From assembly GCA_964016885.1 (NCBI GenBank), contig OZ024764.1, forward strand, positions 22,940,001 through 23,004,000: 64,000 nt of DNA. Reading direction: 5' to 3'. The stretch comes from Eledone cirrhosa. Lineage: Eukaryota. Of the stretch, positions 51,086 to 64,000 are shown piece after piece. The notes under the pieces were generated by a model. It was not told the origin of the DNA and made no database searches. It saw nothing but the letters and a program-made list of their open reading frames with translations. Position 1 is the first letter of the stretch. Every line of letters begins with the position of its first letter. The position numbers and the translations under genes are program-made.

Positions 51086-53506
51086 TACAGATTTCTCCAA
51101 ACTGTCGTTTACTAACTTTAATTTGAAGCTATATTATCTATATACTACTAAAACTCTGTAATTGTGTCTTGTCTAATTTAATACAGCCTAAACTGCATAA
51201 TGGGGAAATACTTTGAAAGGAATAAAACAATTTTTGTATAAATTGGAGCACAGGTTCCCAAGATACAAGGTTTTCTGGGTACCTTGATATATATAGGGAG
51301 AGAAAGAGATAGTGGTTGTGAGAGTGAGGAGACAGATGGAAGAGAGAGAGAGAGCTGGTGGTGTTGTTTAATAAAATGTGTGTGTGTGTATATATATGTA
51401 CGTATGTGTATATTTTAACTATTTAAAAATCATTTTTAAATGACTTTTAAAAAATAGTTTTAAGGGAACGTGACCCAACAGGTCCCGGGTGGTCTAGTTT
51501 GTTACTAAATACTAGATATTAGAGGGTCATGTTGTTCTAGATGTGCTGGAAGAGCCATTCCATCTTGTGAGGTTCACACCAGCAGCTAGCCACCTCAGCA
51601 CCTATGGTGGTATATTTATTATATTATTTATTCTTTATCATTAACATTAATTTAAAAGATAATTATATATTTTTAGAGAAGAACCTCTAATTTCATATAG
51701 CTTAGGGCTTCAGTAGGTAAAAGTCTGGCCCTGCTTGTCTTGTATTTTTTAGGGGAGAAGTTACGGAATACTGTTATTGTGTGAAAGTTTTCTAAATCTT
51801 CTTCAACCACTAACATGGAGAAGATATTTCAGTAAGAAGGTTCACATCCTGACATCTATAGCTGTTAACAATGAGATTGGAATTCATTATTAAACAAATG
51901 TTATATCATCATCACTGTTTTACATCAGTTTTTTCACGCTGGCATGGGTTAGACGATTTATCCTGTTGTAAGCATTGCCAAGTCAGGTGACCACGTGTTG
52001 CTCCTACAGAACAAATTTTGGATTGGTTTCTACAGCTGGATGCCCTTCCTAGCACCAACCTTATTTACATTGAGTACTGGGTGCATTTTACCATCTCACC
52101 ATCACGACCACTTTACAGTGTGGGCTGGGTGCTTTTTGTTGTGACACCTATATGACCACTTTACAGTGTGGGCTGGGTGCTTTTTGTTGTGACACCTACA
52201 TGACCACTTTAAAGTTTTGACTGGGTGCTTTTTGTCGTGACACCTACATGACCACTTTATAGTGTGGACTGGGTACTTTTTGTTGTGACACCAACATGAC
52301 CACTTTAAAGTTTTGGCTGGATACTTTTTGTTGTCACCTACATGACCACTTTACAGTGTGGGCTGGGTGCTTTTTGCCGTGACACCTACGCAACCGCTTT
52401 ACAGTGTGGGCTGGTTTCTTTTTGTCATATCACCTACATGACCACCTTATAATGTTTACTGTGTGTTCTTTGCAGTCTAGGCTGGTTTCTTTTTGTCATA
52501 TCACCTCCATGACCACCTTATAATGTTTACTGTGTGTTCTTTGCAGTGTGGGCTGGTTTCTTTTTGTCATATCACCTACATGACCACCTTATAATGTTGA
52601 CTGTGTGTTCTTTACAGTGTGGGTTGGGTGCTTTTTGTCATATCACCTACCCAACCACTTTGCAGTGTGGGCAGTGAAAGATCAGTAATGCACCAGCTCC
52701 AATATTCAGTAATCAGAAGAAGGGAGGTAGGCATAAAAGCCAAACTTGCTGTCTTCAATTAGGTTTTTGTGCCAACCCTTACCTATGGTCACATATCTTT
52801 GGTAATGACCAAAAGAATATGATTGGGAATACAAATGGCAGATATGGGATTCCTCTGAAGGGTCTTTGAAGGAACGTTTCTCAATAAAGTGCATAGCTCT
52901 GAGATCAGAGAGTCACTGCAGGTGGAGCTGTTACTTCTCCGAATTGAGAGATCATAGCTGCAATACTATGGCCATGTGGTTAGAATGTCTGAGGAAAGAA
53001 TCACTGGATAGATTTTACAGGCTAAACTAACCGGCAGGAGACCCAGGGGTAGACCTGAGCAAGATGGTGACATAACATCCATGAGCTTGGCGGGTCTCTC
53101 TGGGAGATCCAGCCAGATCAGTTGGAGTGGGTTGCTTCTGACAGGACCTGTTGAAGGGAGTGTTTGAGGACTCTGCCCCCAAGACACTCTCTGGAATGAC
53201 TGGATTAATAAGAAGAGGTTGAGGTTACATAATCAACATCAGATTTCCCTGCTAGCAAGGGTTTAATGAGTCTACTTCAACCAAGTAAGTACTGAAGTGA
53301 GGCTACTGATCTCCCAGACAGACCAAGGATCTGAGACTTATTACATAAGGTCTCATTTGCTACTGAGTGCACAGAAAAGGTTGTCATGTCTTTGTCATGA
53401 TTGAAGGGTTCTCCAACCCTATTGTCAGGCAAGCTTTCTATGGCTAGATGTCCTTCACATGACCAACCACATTACAGCCTGTGTTGGGTCTGTTTATCAT
53501 GTAGGT

Positions 53507-55552
53507 GAGGCATAACAAACTGAGGGTTCCCCAAGGGCCACATAGGTCACATGTGTTGTCTGAGGGTTGCACACTATAACTAATTATGTTCACGACAACT
53601 AATTAAAGTCATTTAATAAAATTTAATATAGAAAGATTTGTTACTTAAATTTAGAAACATACAATGTACATACAAATGTTTTAGCAGCATTCATGAATAC
53701 AAAGTAATGAAGTAGTTTGATAAAAAACTAAAATTTAACATGTCAACATATACTTGCAGATTGTAACAGCAACAAATACATTGTACACAAATAACAATAG
53801 TTGAAAACTGAACATTTATTTGCTACTATTCAACCATTTTTAGTGTTTTGTCCTGAGGCTTGACACTTCTTTCTGTTGACTATTTTTGGTATATCTGGCT
53901 GAAATGTCTGTACAGTTCCAACTTTAATCAGAAATGACAAGTGTTGATCTGTCAGCCTTGTTCTCTGAGAAGTTTTTGTTAAGCTAAGTACAGACTCAGT
54001 ATGGGCAGTGATTTTCAGCTCTTTGCACATAAGAAAATGAATTAAATTTTCATCTGACAACGGAGACTTCCATAAGCTAAGTTTTCTAATGAAGAACTTG
54101 ATGTCATCATACAACTGAGTGATGGGTTTGTCTTTACCTTGTAATTTCAAATTAAGGTCAGTTAATTGTGCAGTAATATCCACAAAAGAATCCAGATGTT
54201 GGAGCCAACTTTCATCTTTTATTTCACCTGTGTTTTGACCTTTCATCTCCAAAAACATAATTATTTCAACAAATAGAATCTTTTCAGCAGTTTGTGACAT
54301 GTCAACCAGCAGACTTCTGTGTAGAATGGAACATCGGTCAACTGATTATCCACATCTTCCAACAACTGGCTGAACTAACGGTGTATGAGAGCACGGCCTT
54401 TGATTTAGTTCACTGTCTTTGTGACCAAGCTAAGCACATGATGCAATTTTAAAATCTTTGAACATAAATTTTGCTGATGAATAATAGTGAAAATGTGCAA
54501 ATGATGAATCTAGATATGAGTTTTCTATTTTTGTTTGTAACTTGGCAGCAACACCATTATGTCTACCAACCATATTTGCAGCACTGTCAGTAGATAAACA
54601 TGCAAGTTTACTCAGATCAAAACCATGCAGACACTGTTTGACCTTCTCAAAGATGTCCTGGCTTGTTATAGTGTCATGCATGGGGACCAGTTCAATCAGT
54701 TCTTCATAAATATTAAATTCACTGTCACAGGCCCTGATGAAGAATGCAAGCTGTACTATTCCAGTGATGTCAAGAGTCTCATCAATAGCAATAGAAACAT
54801 GTTCAAACCTTGATGATACAGCCTTTAACTGTTGTTTCAGATCACCTGACATTTCATTAATCTGTTCAGCAACAGTGTTCCTGTTTAATGAAATGTCTTT
54901 GAATAACTCTGCTTTCTCAGGACAATTTCAGCTGTTTTTACAAGACATTGCTTTACAAAATCTCCTTCACTGTAAGATTTCCCACTCATGGCAATCATTT
55001 GACTGAGTTCATAGCTTGCAGTAACGGAAGTGACATCCTCTTCCTGAATTAACATAAAACAGGTCTGTTGCTGTGTCAAGTTAACCTTCAATTCCTTGAG
55101 TCTTGAAACACACATTGGGCCTTCATATTTATCGTAAGATCGAGGGTTTGTTTCATAATGTCTTTTTAAATTGTACTCTTTTGGCGTGGCGATGTAGTTG
55201 TTGCAAATTAAACAGTGTATCTTTCTGTTCACCATTGGGCAAAAATACTGTAATTCCCACTTTTCTTGAAACACTTGCCCTTCTTCGTTCACTTTCCTTT
55301 TTCTCTTAGCTGGAGGAGCACTAACCATTTCAAAAACGAAATCTTTTGAAATTTTGAAAGAAAGTTTTCTGTTAATGAGCTGCACGTGATTAATGGAAGT
55401 TAAAAGTAGTTGACAAAAATTGCACCAAAAAAAATAATTGTATCGAAAATGTTTTAAATTTTATATTACGAAAATGAAACATGCTCGCACTGTAAAAACC
55501 TTTGTGTGGGCCGCAGGTTTGCTTGCAAAGGGCCGCATGTTTGATGTGTCTG
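53507..55552 (-). mobile_element. hAT (Buster/Charlie/SPIN-like) transposon with both ends, transposase disrupted
   Basis: 8-bp TSD ATGTAGGT (53499-53506, 55553-55560) with central TA; imperfect TIRs GAGGCATAACAAAC / GTTTGATGTGTCTG; BED-like CLIC..NLKRHYET, SIAIDE motifs. Confidence 0.92.
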
Positions 55553-57744
55553 ATGTAGGTTACCAACACTAGGGAGGGCAGCATGTCCTTCAGTGTGTTC
55601 TGCTACATTAACTACCAGGAGGTCACCACATGAGACAAAGAATACATTTCAAAGAAGGGTCATAAAAGAACTAAATACGAAAGTACCCACAATTCAGCAA
55701 AAAGCAAATAATTGTGCTTTGGGTCTAGGTTAAGGGGGCAGAAGTGCTGCGCCCTGTGGATAAGACTGCAAAAGTATTTGCTCCGGACGATGGACAGTTA
55801 CAGCCACCCCAACCTCATGGGACTCCCTCTTCAGAAGGGCCACCAACCTACTGATCTTACAGAGAGGCTTCGCAGTACGAGGTCTAAGTACTTCTGAGGT
55901 CTTGATGGTGACCGGTGTGAAGAGACCTACCTACAATTGATGTCATCCCAGTTATGTAGGACTGTAATATACTTGGGTTTAGAGAGGCCTTAACCTGTCT
56001 TAGCCGAGCCACCCAGGGTTGTGTCATCTAGGTACCAGACAGCTGTAACTAGACCATGTTGTCAACTGTCACCACCAATAGGAGTGAGGCGAGTGGGTCC
56101 CCTTGCTAGACACCATATATAAAAACGTATTTGCTAATTACTTTAATGAATAATTTGTTTCATACGTAATTATTACTTTTAACACAATCGGATTTTGTAC
56201 ACGTGTTTGTTTGAAAACATCTTTCAAAGAAGTATGAGACAGTCTTTTGCAGTCTTCTGGAGTTGCGACCAATAGATAGTATTAGCTATTGGAAAGACCA
56301 ATGGAAACATTGTTTCCTCGGTCCGATTTGACTAAAAGTCGATCGTAAAAAAAATATATATATTTATATATATAGAGAGAGATAGAGAAACACACAAACG
56401 TACACTACTGTAAAACATATGTAAGGGGAGACAACTCTTGTTACATCCCCCCTTCTTTTTGATATACGTGCTTTATATGTTTTGTACAATGGAACCTGCT
56501 TTATTTTGTGTCCTAAGTAGATTTCTGTTTAAGTATTTACGAGATTCACAATGATTCACGTAACGAAGTTACTTACATAGAGATATATTTCACATAGAAT
56601 TACAACAAATGAAAATATTAAGTCAACACTCTGTCAATCAGTCTCACATCATATGGGGTGCCGGAGTCTCCCTCTAATACTTTCTGAGACAGTCTTACCT
56701 CGAGTGATAGCAAGGCTAAGATGCTGGAACTACCAAACACCCTCATATGTATCACCTGACACCTCGGTAAGGAGAGCTGCCAACGATAACAAGAACCTCG
56801 TTGTCAGGGACCTATCTCCTCCAAACTTCTCCAACACCACAGACTAGAATATTCTACTCTTTATTCCCTATCAAATATATTTCAGTCTAGTCATTTATCT
56901 TGTATGTTGTATATGTATTTTCAAAACTAACTGTCACATTTGTGAGACCCCAGTTAGTGCTGTTTTTGTCTCCCTCCCACATCCTACATGCTGTAGTAAA
57001 AGTGAGGGTCACTGCTTCTGTAGACGAACGAAATAAAAGTTAAACTACCAGTAATTATCGGCAAAGTATTTATTCCAGTCTGTGATGTTTGAGAAGCTGG
57101 GCTGCTGACAACGAAGTTGTTGTCACTGTTGGCGGCTGGCTTTACCGAAGTACCCGATGACTCTTGTGAGGGTACTTAGCTGTTTGGGTGGTTTAGCCTC
57201 CACATGACATGATTTTACCGAGATACCCGGTGATCTCTGTCAGGGTACTTAGCTGTTCTGGCAACTTAACCTCCATATGACCCGATCTTACCGAGATACC
57301 CGGTGATCTCTGTCAGGGTACTTAGCTGTTCTGGCAACTTAGCCTCCATATGACCCGATCTTACCGAGATACCCGGTGATCTCTGTCAGGGTACTCGATT
57401 GATCCAGCACCCTACTATATCTACCAACAGGTTATATCGAGGTATCAAGTGATACTCTTTTCAAGTCAAGACCTCCTCTGCTGTCCTCTGTCTTCCCACT
57501 GCCCTGTATTTCTACAGACTCACGAAAGTGGACACCACCTGAAGGAGAGAGTGGTTGGTGTAGTGGTCATCGCTGGCTATTGTTCGAGTGACACAGGTAA
57601 AATACACTACCTAGACTGAGGTGAAATGTCTACCGTCCATTCCTCACCACCAACACCTTACTTTCTCTATTTTAATTACATTTACTGATTTCAACTTTCA
57701 TTTTTCTATTACAAACTTTACATAATTTAATTCGGTAAAAATAT

Positions 57745-57890
57745 TTTACGTCACAAAAAAACTTGACCTTTGACATTGAAGCATGCGCAGTGGTGCAGTT
57801 GTCGACTTCCTGTCCACGTGTTAGTCTTCCTACAACATCATTTAGACAACATTTCTGTAAATACTAAATACCTGAGACTATAATGTAAGT
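57745..57890 (+). promoter_or_regulatory. Fourth putative promoter/exon 1 with no ZNF exon inside the window
   Basis: Paralog of 39110-39257; donor GTAAGT at 57885; homology to the other units stops at ~58752. Confidence 0.6.
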
Positions 57891-58879
57891 ATTATGTCTA
57901 TTAATATTGTAGATTTAAGCTCACTTTTCACATCACAAATATATATTTTCTTGTTTGTTTCATTACTGGAAATATAAAATGTTATCGTAATTATCTATAT
58001 TTTACCTACCTCTAATTAATTAAAGTGAAAACTTTTGTTGTTGCTGAAAAATAAATTAACAAAACTAAATATTTAAATATTCTAAAGGTCGTTTTTATAT
58101 TATGTGATGATATAATTAATATATTTTATTACAATTGTATAAATTTACAGTAGAATAACGTTGTAAATATGTTTTAAATATATACATAAATAACATAAGT
58201 GTGTAAATAACATTATAAATTGCTGGCAATTCCTTGAGAAAGACATTACAAATATATTGTCTAAACTGTGTATAATAATATAATTTATTGAGCAATAATG
58301 ATAAAGAAAAGAAAAACACAGTGGGAGATGGCAATTGACCACCAAGTGTGATAATAGGCTACACCTCACACCTTAGGGGTTAACTACACACTTTGAGGCA
58401 AGCCAACACACTGGCAGCATTACTAAGGTGTTGAAATAACCAGGTACCCCCACGGTATCACCTGACACCTCAGTAAGGTGAGGCTAAGGTGCTGAAATAA
58501 CCAGGTACCCTCACGAGTATTTTCTCTGGACCCCTTAGATACTTGCAATAGACGTTTTATTCCCCAGTATTAGGGTTAGGGTTTCCGTTTTCAGGAAGAA
58601 AAATCGATTGCAAACATCTAAGAGGTCTAGAGATAAAATTAAGGAAAAATAATTATTTCCCAGCCAACTGGAGAAGTGTGTAGCTCTTCTAAACTCTGAT
58701 AATCCTGTCTCCCACTTCTTTATCTACAAATCTAGTCATTTCCTGCTACTTTGAAGGCCCTATTTATTGATAACACCACTTGTAAATCTTTGTCAACTTT
58801 TCATACGTAAATTGTAAATCAGTTATTTTTAAACAAACTATCAAAGAAGTGATCTCACAGTAATTGTGTTTGATTTAAT

Positions 58880-59090
58880 CAACTCATTCCCCCCAAACAT
58901 TGTCGACCTTGTGTCTAAATCAGAAACTATTATTAGATCTTAAATCAACCCCGTAAAGATGAAGGGCAAAGCTAACTTCGGCGGGATTTCAACCCTTTAT
59001 GTTATGAGTTCAAATACCACCAAAGTTAACTTTGTCTTTCATTCTAACGGGGTGGATAAATTAAAGTTCCAGTAATCTACTGGGGTCTGA
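58880..59090. mobile_element. Cluster of SINE fragments in opposite orientations
   Basis: Pieces similar to 22784-22967 on both strands (GGCGGGATTTCAACCC / GAGTTCAAATACC). Confidence 0.65.
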
Positions 59091-59250
59091 GATATTAACG
59101 TTTGAGTAGATTCTATCTGTTGTGTGTTTGTATTTATAATCTTACTAGAACACCTGTGACCTGATGGGTCACGTTCCCTTTAAAAATAATATTTAAATAA
59201 TTAAAATATACACAGACATGTATATAATGTAAAATGAAATTAGTAGGCCC

Positions 59251-59302
<52 letters not shown>

Positions 59303-59526
59303 GCTAGAGTCAGCAGCAACACACAACCATGTGTTGCTACACACACACAAGAGGAAAGAGAAAATTTAAAATTTATGAGACCAATAGAGATATGTACATT
59401 TATATATTTATATCTAGATATTGCTATTATCATTTACAGTCCCTCTGTGTTTAATGTATGTTCATTAGTATATGTGTTGTCATTTCTGCTTGCATTTTGC
59501 ATATATACATATATATATCTATATGT

Positions 59527-59787
59527 ATGCTTGCGTGGACCCCTCTCAAAAATTCGTTGGATTTTCTAATTGGATACCCCGACAATGGATACCAATCACT
59601 GAATACACCTGAACTTCTACCAGGAAATCTTTCGTTGTTATTTCTGCTTACATTTTATATGTATACATATATATATATCAATGCTTGCGTGGACCCCTCT
59701 TAAAGATTCGTTGGATTTTCTAATTGGATACCCCGAAACTGGATACCAATCACTGAATACACCTGAACTTCTACCAGGAAATCTTTC
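59527..59787. repeat. Two-copy local direct repeat (~105-bp core, ~155-bp period)
   Basis: ATGCTTGCGTGGACCCCTCT...CCAGGAAATCTTT occurs twice. Confidence 0.85.
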
Positions 59788-60043
59788 ATATCAGTGAAAA
59801 TTTTCTTTTCTTTGCTTCATATATATATATATTATATATACTTGTCCGCCATTGCAAAAGGCCATAAATTCAAAATTTTGAAGAGAGAGGAAAAGAGAGA
59901 AGTAATCTATGAACTTGTACATCTCACTGACCCCCCTCCCCCGTCACCACAATAACAATCACGCCTACACTCGCTCCCCACCATCACCACATTACTCTCA
60001 GGTCGCTGTCCTGTCCCCTGTTGACATACTGCTGACTCTCTTT

Positions 60044-60772
60044 TGATGTATGTATGTGTATATACATATGTGTATGTGTGTGTATGTACATATGTGTATG
60101 TGTGTGTATATACATATGTGTATGTGTGTGTATATACATATGTGTATGTGTGTGTATATGTATATCTCAGTGGATGCGACCAGATTTCAACACAGCAACA
60201 ACTACAACAACAACAGCAGCAACAACAACAACAACAACAACAGCAACAACACCATCGTCTGTGTTGAATGTGTGTGTGTGTATGTATTTGTATATATGCG
60301 ACAGCAATAACAGCATCAACACCATTGTCTGCAGCAACAGCAGCAGTGAAATGAAGGACAACAACAACAGCAACAACGACAACAACTACAATAACAACTA
60401 CAGCACCAACAACTGCCACCACCATCACTGACCATCCACCACCACCACGCTGATACCATCCACCACCACCACACTGACACCATCCACCACCGCCATTACC
60501 AGCGTAAAGCAAACAATTATTATTGTTATTGTTATTATATACAAGCCGAACTGGACTGGGAAAGGTCAACAGTTGACATGATAGTGATTTTGACGACTTT
60601 GATTTTGTATCGGTTCTGTCGGTAATATATGTATATATATGTTTGTGAGTGGTGTGTGTGATTGTATGCATGAATGAGTGTTGGTATGTGTGGTTGTGGT
60701 TTGTATGCATGAGTGTTGGTGTGTGAGTGTTTGTGTGTGCGTCGTGCCAAAAAGTTTTTTTTTTTTTTTTTA
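60044..60772. repeat. Compound microsatellite/low-complexity tract (TA/TG, CAA/CAG, CAC, polyT)
   Basis: Direct inspection. Confidence 0.9.
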
Positions 60773-60962
60773 TGACCATGCTGTAAAATGGAGGGGTAGA
60801 GAGGGCCCTTGAGTCTAGTAAGACATCCTCTCTAGTGCTGGTGGCACAAATAAAAGCACCCAGTCCATGCTGTAAAGTGGCGCTGGTGTTAGGAAGGGCA
60901 TCCAACCAGTGTATCAATGCCAAAAAGCTTATCAGCACAGCAACAAAACAGCATAGAAAAAT

Positions 60963-63900
60963 ATGAAGACGTCGCATCTCAGAGTTGCAACACTTAATGT
61001 TGGCACTCTCAGAGGTAGATCTGCTGAAATAGCGGAGATGCTGGAGAGAAGGCAGGTGGATGTGTGCTGCGTGCAAGAGGTGAGATGGAGAGGTGCCTCT
61101 GCGAGACTAGTCGTAGGCAAGCGTCTTAGCTATAAGCTTTTCTGGGTAGGTAAGGATGATGGGTTAGGGGGAGTAGGCATTTTCCTGGCTGAGAAATGGA
61201 TCAATAAGACAATAGAGGTAGTTCGAGTTAGTAATCGAATAATTAAGCTTAGATTAGTTGTAGGCAGGAGACTACTGACAATCATCTCGGCCTATGCTCC
61301 CCAAGCAGGCCTAGGCAAAGATGAGAAAGACTGCTTTTATGAGCAACTTTTGCAAACAACCACAATGACAGAGGACGGAGACATCGTTATGCTAGCAGGA
61401 GACTTCAATGGTCATGTTGGACAGCTCCAGGATGGTTACACTGGGGTACATGGTGGGCACGGTTACGGTTCAAGAAATGAAGAAGGAGTGAGACTTCTTG
61501 AATTTTGTGATGCAAGTACATTGACTATTTGCAACACAAACTTCCAGAAACCTGCCAATCACCTAATAACCTACAAATCTGGTGAGCACATAAGCCAGAT
61601 TGACTTCCTGCTAGTTAGGCAGCGGGACAGGCAGATAGTGTCTAATACCAAGGCATACCCTGTGGAAGAATGTACCCCACAGCATAGGTTAGTTGTTAGT
61701 GATATCTCAGTAAGCAAGAGATGGAATGAGACATACAAGAAGGTGTGGAGAAGAAAGGTCTGGAAGCTAAAAGACCTTTCACTAAAATTCAAATTTAGGA
61801 AAGCCCTTCAAGATGTATATGACGAAAAAGAAGACGATTTAGAGACGTATGACATAGATAATAACTGGAAGTTCTTACGTGACAACTTGCTGCAGGCTAC
61901 TGATGAAACCTGTGGCTGGAGCAGAGCTCCAACCAGACAGAGAGTGACCTGGTGGTGGAACAGCACAGTAGATAAGGCCATTAGAGACAAAAGACTAGCA
62001 TGGAAGGCTTGGAAAAAGGGTGGGAGTAGGGAAGAATATACAGCCGCTAAGAGAGAAGCTAGATGTCAGGTGTACTTAGCACACAAGGAGGCTGAGAGTA
62101 GGAGGTTTGCCAATGTTCTGCGACGGGAAGATCAGAGGCGTGCGGTGTTCCAAATTGCAAGGCAGTGTGTCAATGCAAATCAGGATGTTGTTGGTGATAA
62201 ATGTGTCCGGGATGATGCCGGTGTACTTAGTGTCACGAATGACCAGAAAAAGGAGGCTTGGAAATGTCATTATGAGAGACTGATGAATGTGGAGAACGAA
62301 TGGGAGAGAGAGAAATTACCCTTGGTAGATCCGACAGAGGGACCAGCTATTGAGATTGACGAATATAGGGTCCAAGAGGTGATTAGGGAAATGAAAAATG
62401 GTAAGGCGGCCGGACCATCGGGAATAGTTGCTGAGATGCTGAAGGCATCAGGGGACGTAGGCACTAAACTGGTTGCACGCATCATCAATCAGGCTATATA
62501 TGGGGGTGTCATACCCAAAGACTGGTGCAGCAGTATTCTCATAAATTGCTACAAAGGTAAAGGGGATGCTTTGGAGAGGAGCAATTATAGGGGTATAAAG
62601 CTGATAGATCAGGTTATGAAAGTGGCAGAAAGGATTTTAGCACAACTAATTAGAGAAAGGGTCAAACTAGATGAGATGCAGTTTGGTTTTGTGCCTGGGA
62701 AGAGTACAACAGATGCCCTCTTCTTGGTGAGACAAATGCAAGAGAGGTTCTTAGAGAAGAATAAGCCACTATACTTAGCCTTTGTTGACCTAGAGAAGGC
62801 CTTTGATAGGGTACCCCGATCTGTCATCTGGTGGTCCCTAAGGAAGCTGGGTGTTGAGGAATGGCTTGTGAGGACAGTGCAAACTTTGTACAGAGGTACT
62901 CTCAGTAAAGTCAGGGTAGGAATGGAGTTTAGTGAGGAATTCCAGATACAAGTAGGAGTACATCAGGGTTCGGTCCTCAGCCCGCTCTTGTTCATTATAG
63001 TCCTCCAAGCCATAACAGAGGAGTTTAAGACTGGCTGTCCATGGGAACTTCTCTATGCTGACGATCTGGCTCTTATGGCAGAATCAGTAGAGGAGCTAGA
63101 GAATAAATTCCGGCTATGGAAACAGCAGTTGGATGCAAGAGGACTGAGAGTAAATCTAGCTAAGACAAAAGTGTTGATGAGTAGAAAAGAGGACAAAACC
63201 CTGATTCCGTCAGGGAAATGGCCATGTTCGATATGCAGAAAAGGAACTGGCATAAATTCTATAAAATGCACACAATGCAGGTCCTGGGTACACAAGAGAT
63301 GTAGCGGGATAGCAGGCAAGGTAACAGGTAGGGAGAAATATGTATGCAGTAGATGTACAGGGAAATTAGACAGTAGAAGTCGCACTGATAGACACATTTT
63401 TCAAATGCGAGAGGGCGCTATAGAAGTGGTGGATAGCTTCCGGTACCTAGGAGATCAGATTAGCATGGGAGGAGGGTGTTCCGAGGCCATAGTATCTAGA
63501 ATAAGGACGGGTTGGAAGAAGTTTAGGGAGCTGCTTCCTCTGTTGACGAAGAAGGGTTTCTCCCTGCATACGAAAGGCCGGTTGTATGATGCTTGTGTGA
63601 GGAGCGCGATGCTGCATGGTAGTGAGACATGGGCAGCAACTGCAGAGGATATGCAACGGCTGGAGAGAAATAAGGCAAGCATGCTCCGTTGGATGGGCAG
63701 TGTAAATGTGCGTGAACGACCCAGCATAAATGTGTTGAGAGAGAAACTGTGTCTGAGAGGGATAGAATGTAGTGTACGGGAGAGGAGACTGAGGTGGTAT
63801 GGACATGTGATGCGCATGGAGGATGACCGATGGGTGAAGAAGTGCCAGGAAATGCCAGTTGAGGGAAGACGTGGTAGAGGTAGACCACGAAAAACATGGG

Positions 63901-64000
63901 CGGAGGTGGTGAGAACAGACCTCAGATCATTGAAGCTCACGGTGGAGATGACGAGGGACCGTGACGAGTGGAGAGATGCTGTGCTGAATAAGACCCGTCC
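60963..64000 (+). mobile_element. RTE-clade LINE with apparently intact APE-RT ORF (>1010 codons, runs off the window)
   Basis: ATG 60963 MKTSHLRVATLNVGTL...QEVRW...SAYAPQ...GDFNGHVG...DLEKAFDRV...GVHQGSVLSP...YADD...LRWYGHVMR...LNKTR; start and end are in the same frame and the ORF track lists no stop-terminated piece of it. Confidence 0.9.

Noticed and set aside
60773-60962. HDV-like ribozyme expected in some RTE 5' UTRs
   Set aside because: Could not build the nested double pseudoknot by eye; needs a descriptor search
59907-61076. 389-aa minus-strand ORF with poly-Cys/Val/Asn
   Set aside because: Translation of microsatellites plus the antisense of the RTE 5' end

Overview
Eukaryotic, AT-rich, repeat-dense DNA. 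It is most consistent with a coleoid cephalopod (Octopus-like) tandem C2H2 zinc-finger cluster; this taxon call is an inference from the ZNF style, SINEs and microsatellites. The window holds three paralogous finger-only ZNF ORFs (15, 16 and 7+1 fingers; the third is damaged) in ~21-25 kb units. Each unit has a putative promoter/non-coding exon 1 (that of unit 1 lies before the window), a TE-filled intron, a 39-bp minisatellite, the ZNF exon and a second, decayed ZNF exon. A fourth promoter/exon 1 has no ZNF exon within the window. Segments ~9.4-34.4 kb and ~34.4-55.2 kb are a tandem duplication with a visible junction. Mobile elements include CR1, RTE (one with an apparently intact ORF), CRE-like, Tigger/pogo, hAT, a very young non-autonomous LTR element, Helitron-like elements, SINEs and a foldback element. 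Most notable: (1) a 371-bp intronic insertion carrying promoter motifs and a minimal type I hammerhead ribozyme, sense to the ZNF gene; (2) a 39-bp intronic array whose unit resembles a branch point/QKI site plus 3' splice site; (3) modular shuffling of zinc fingers between recent paralogs.
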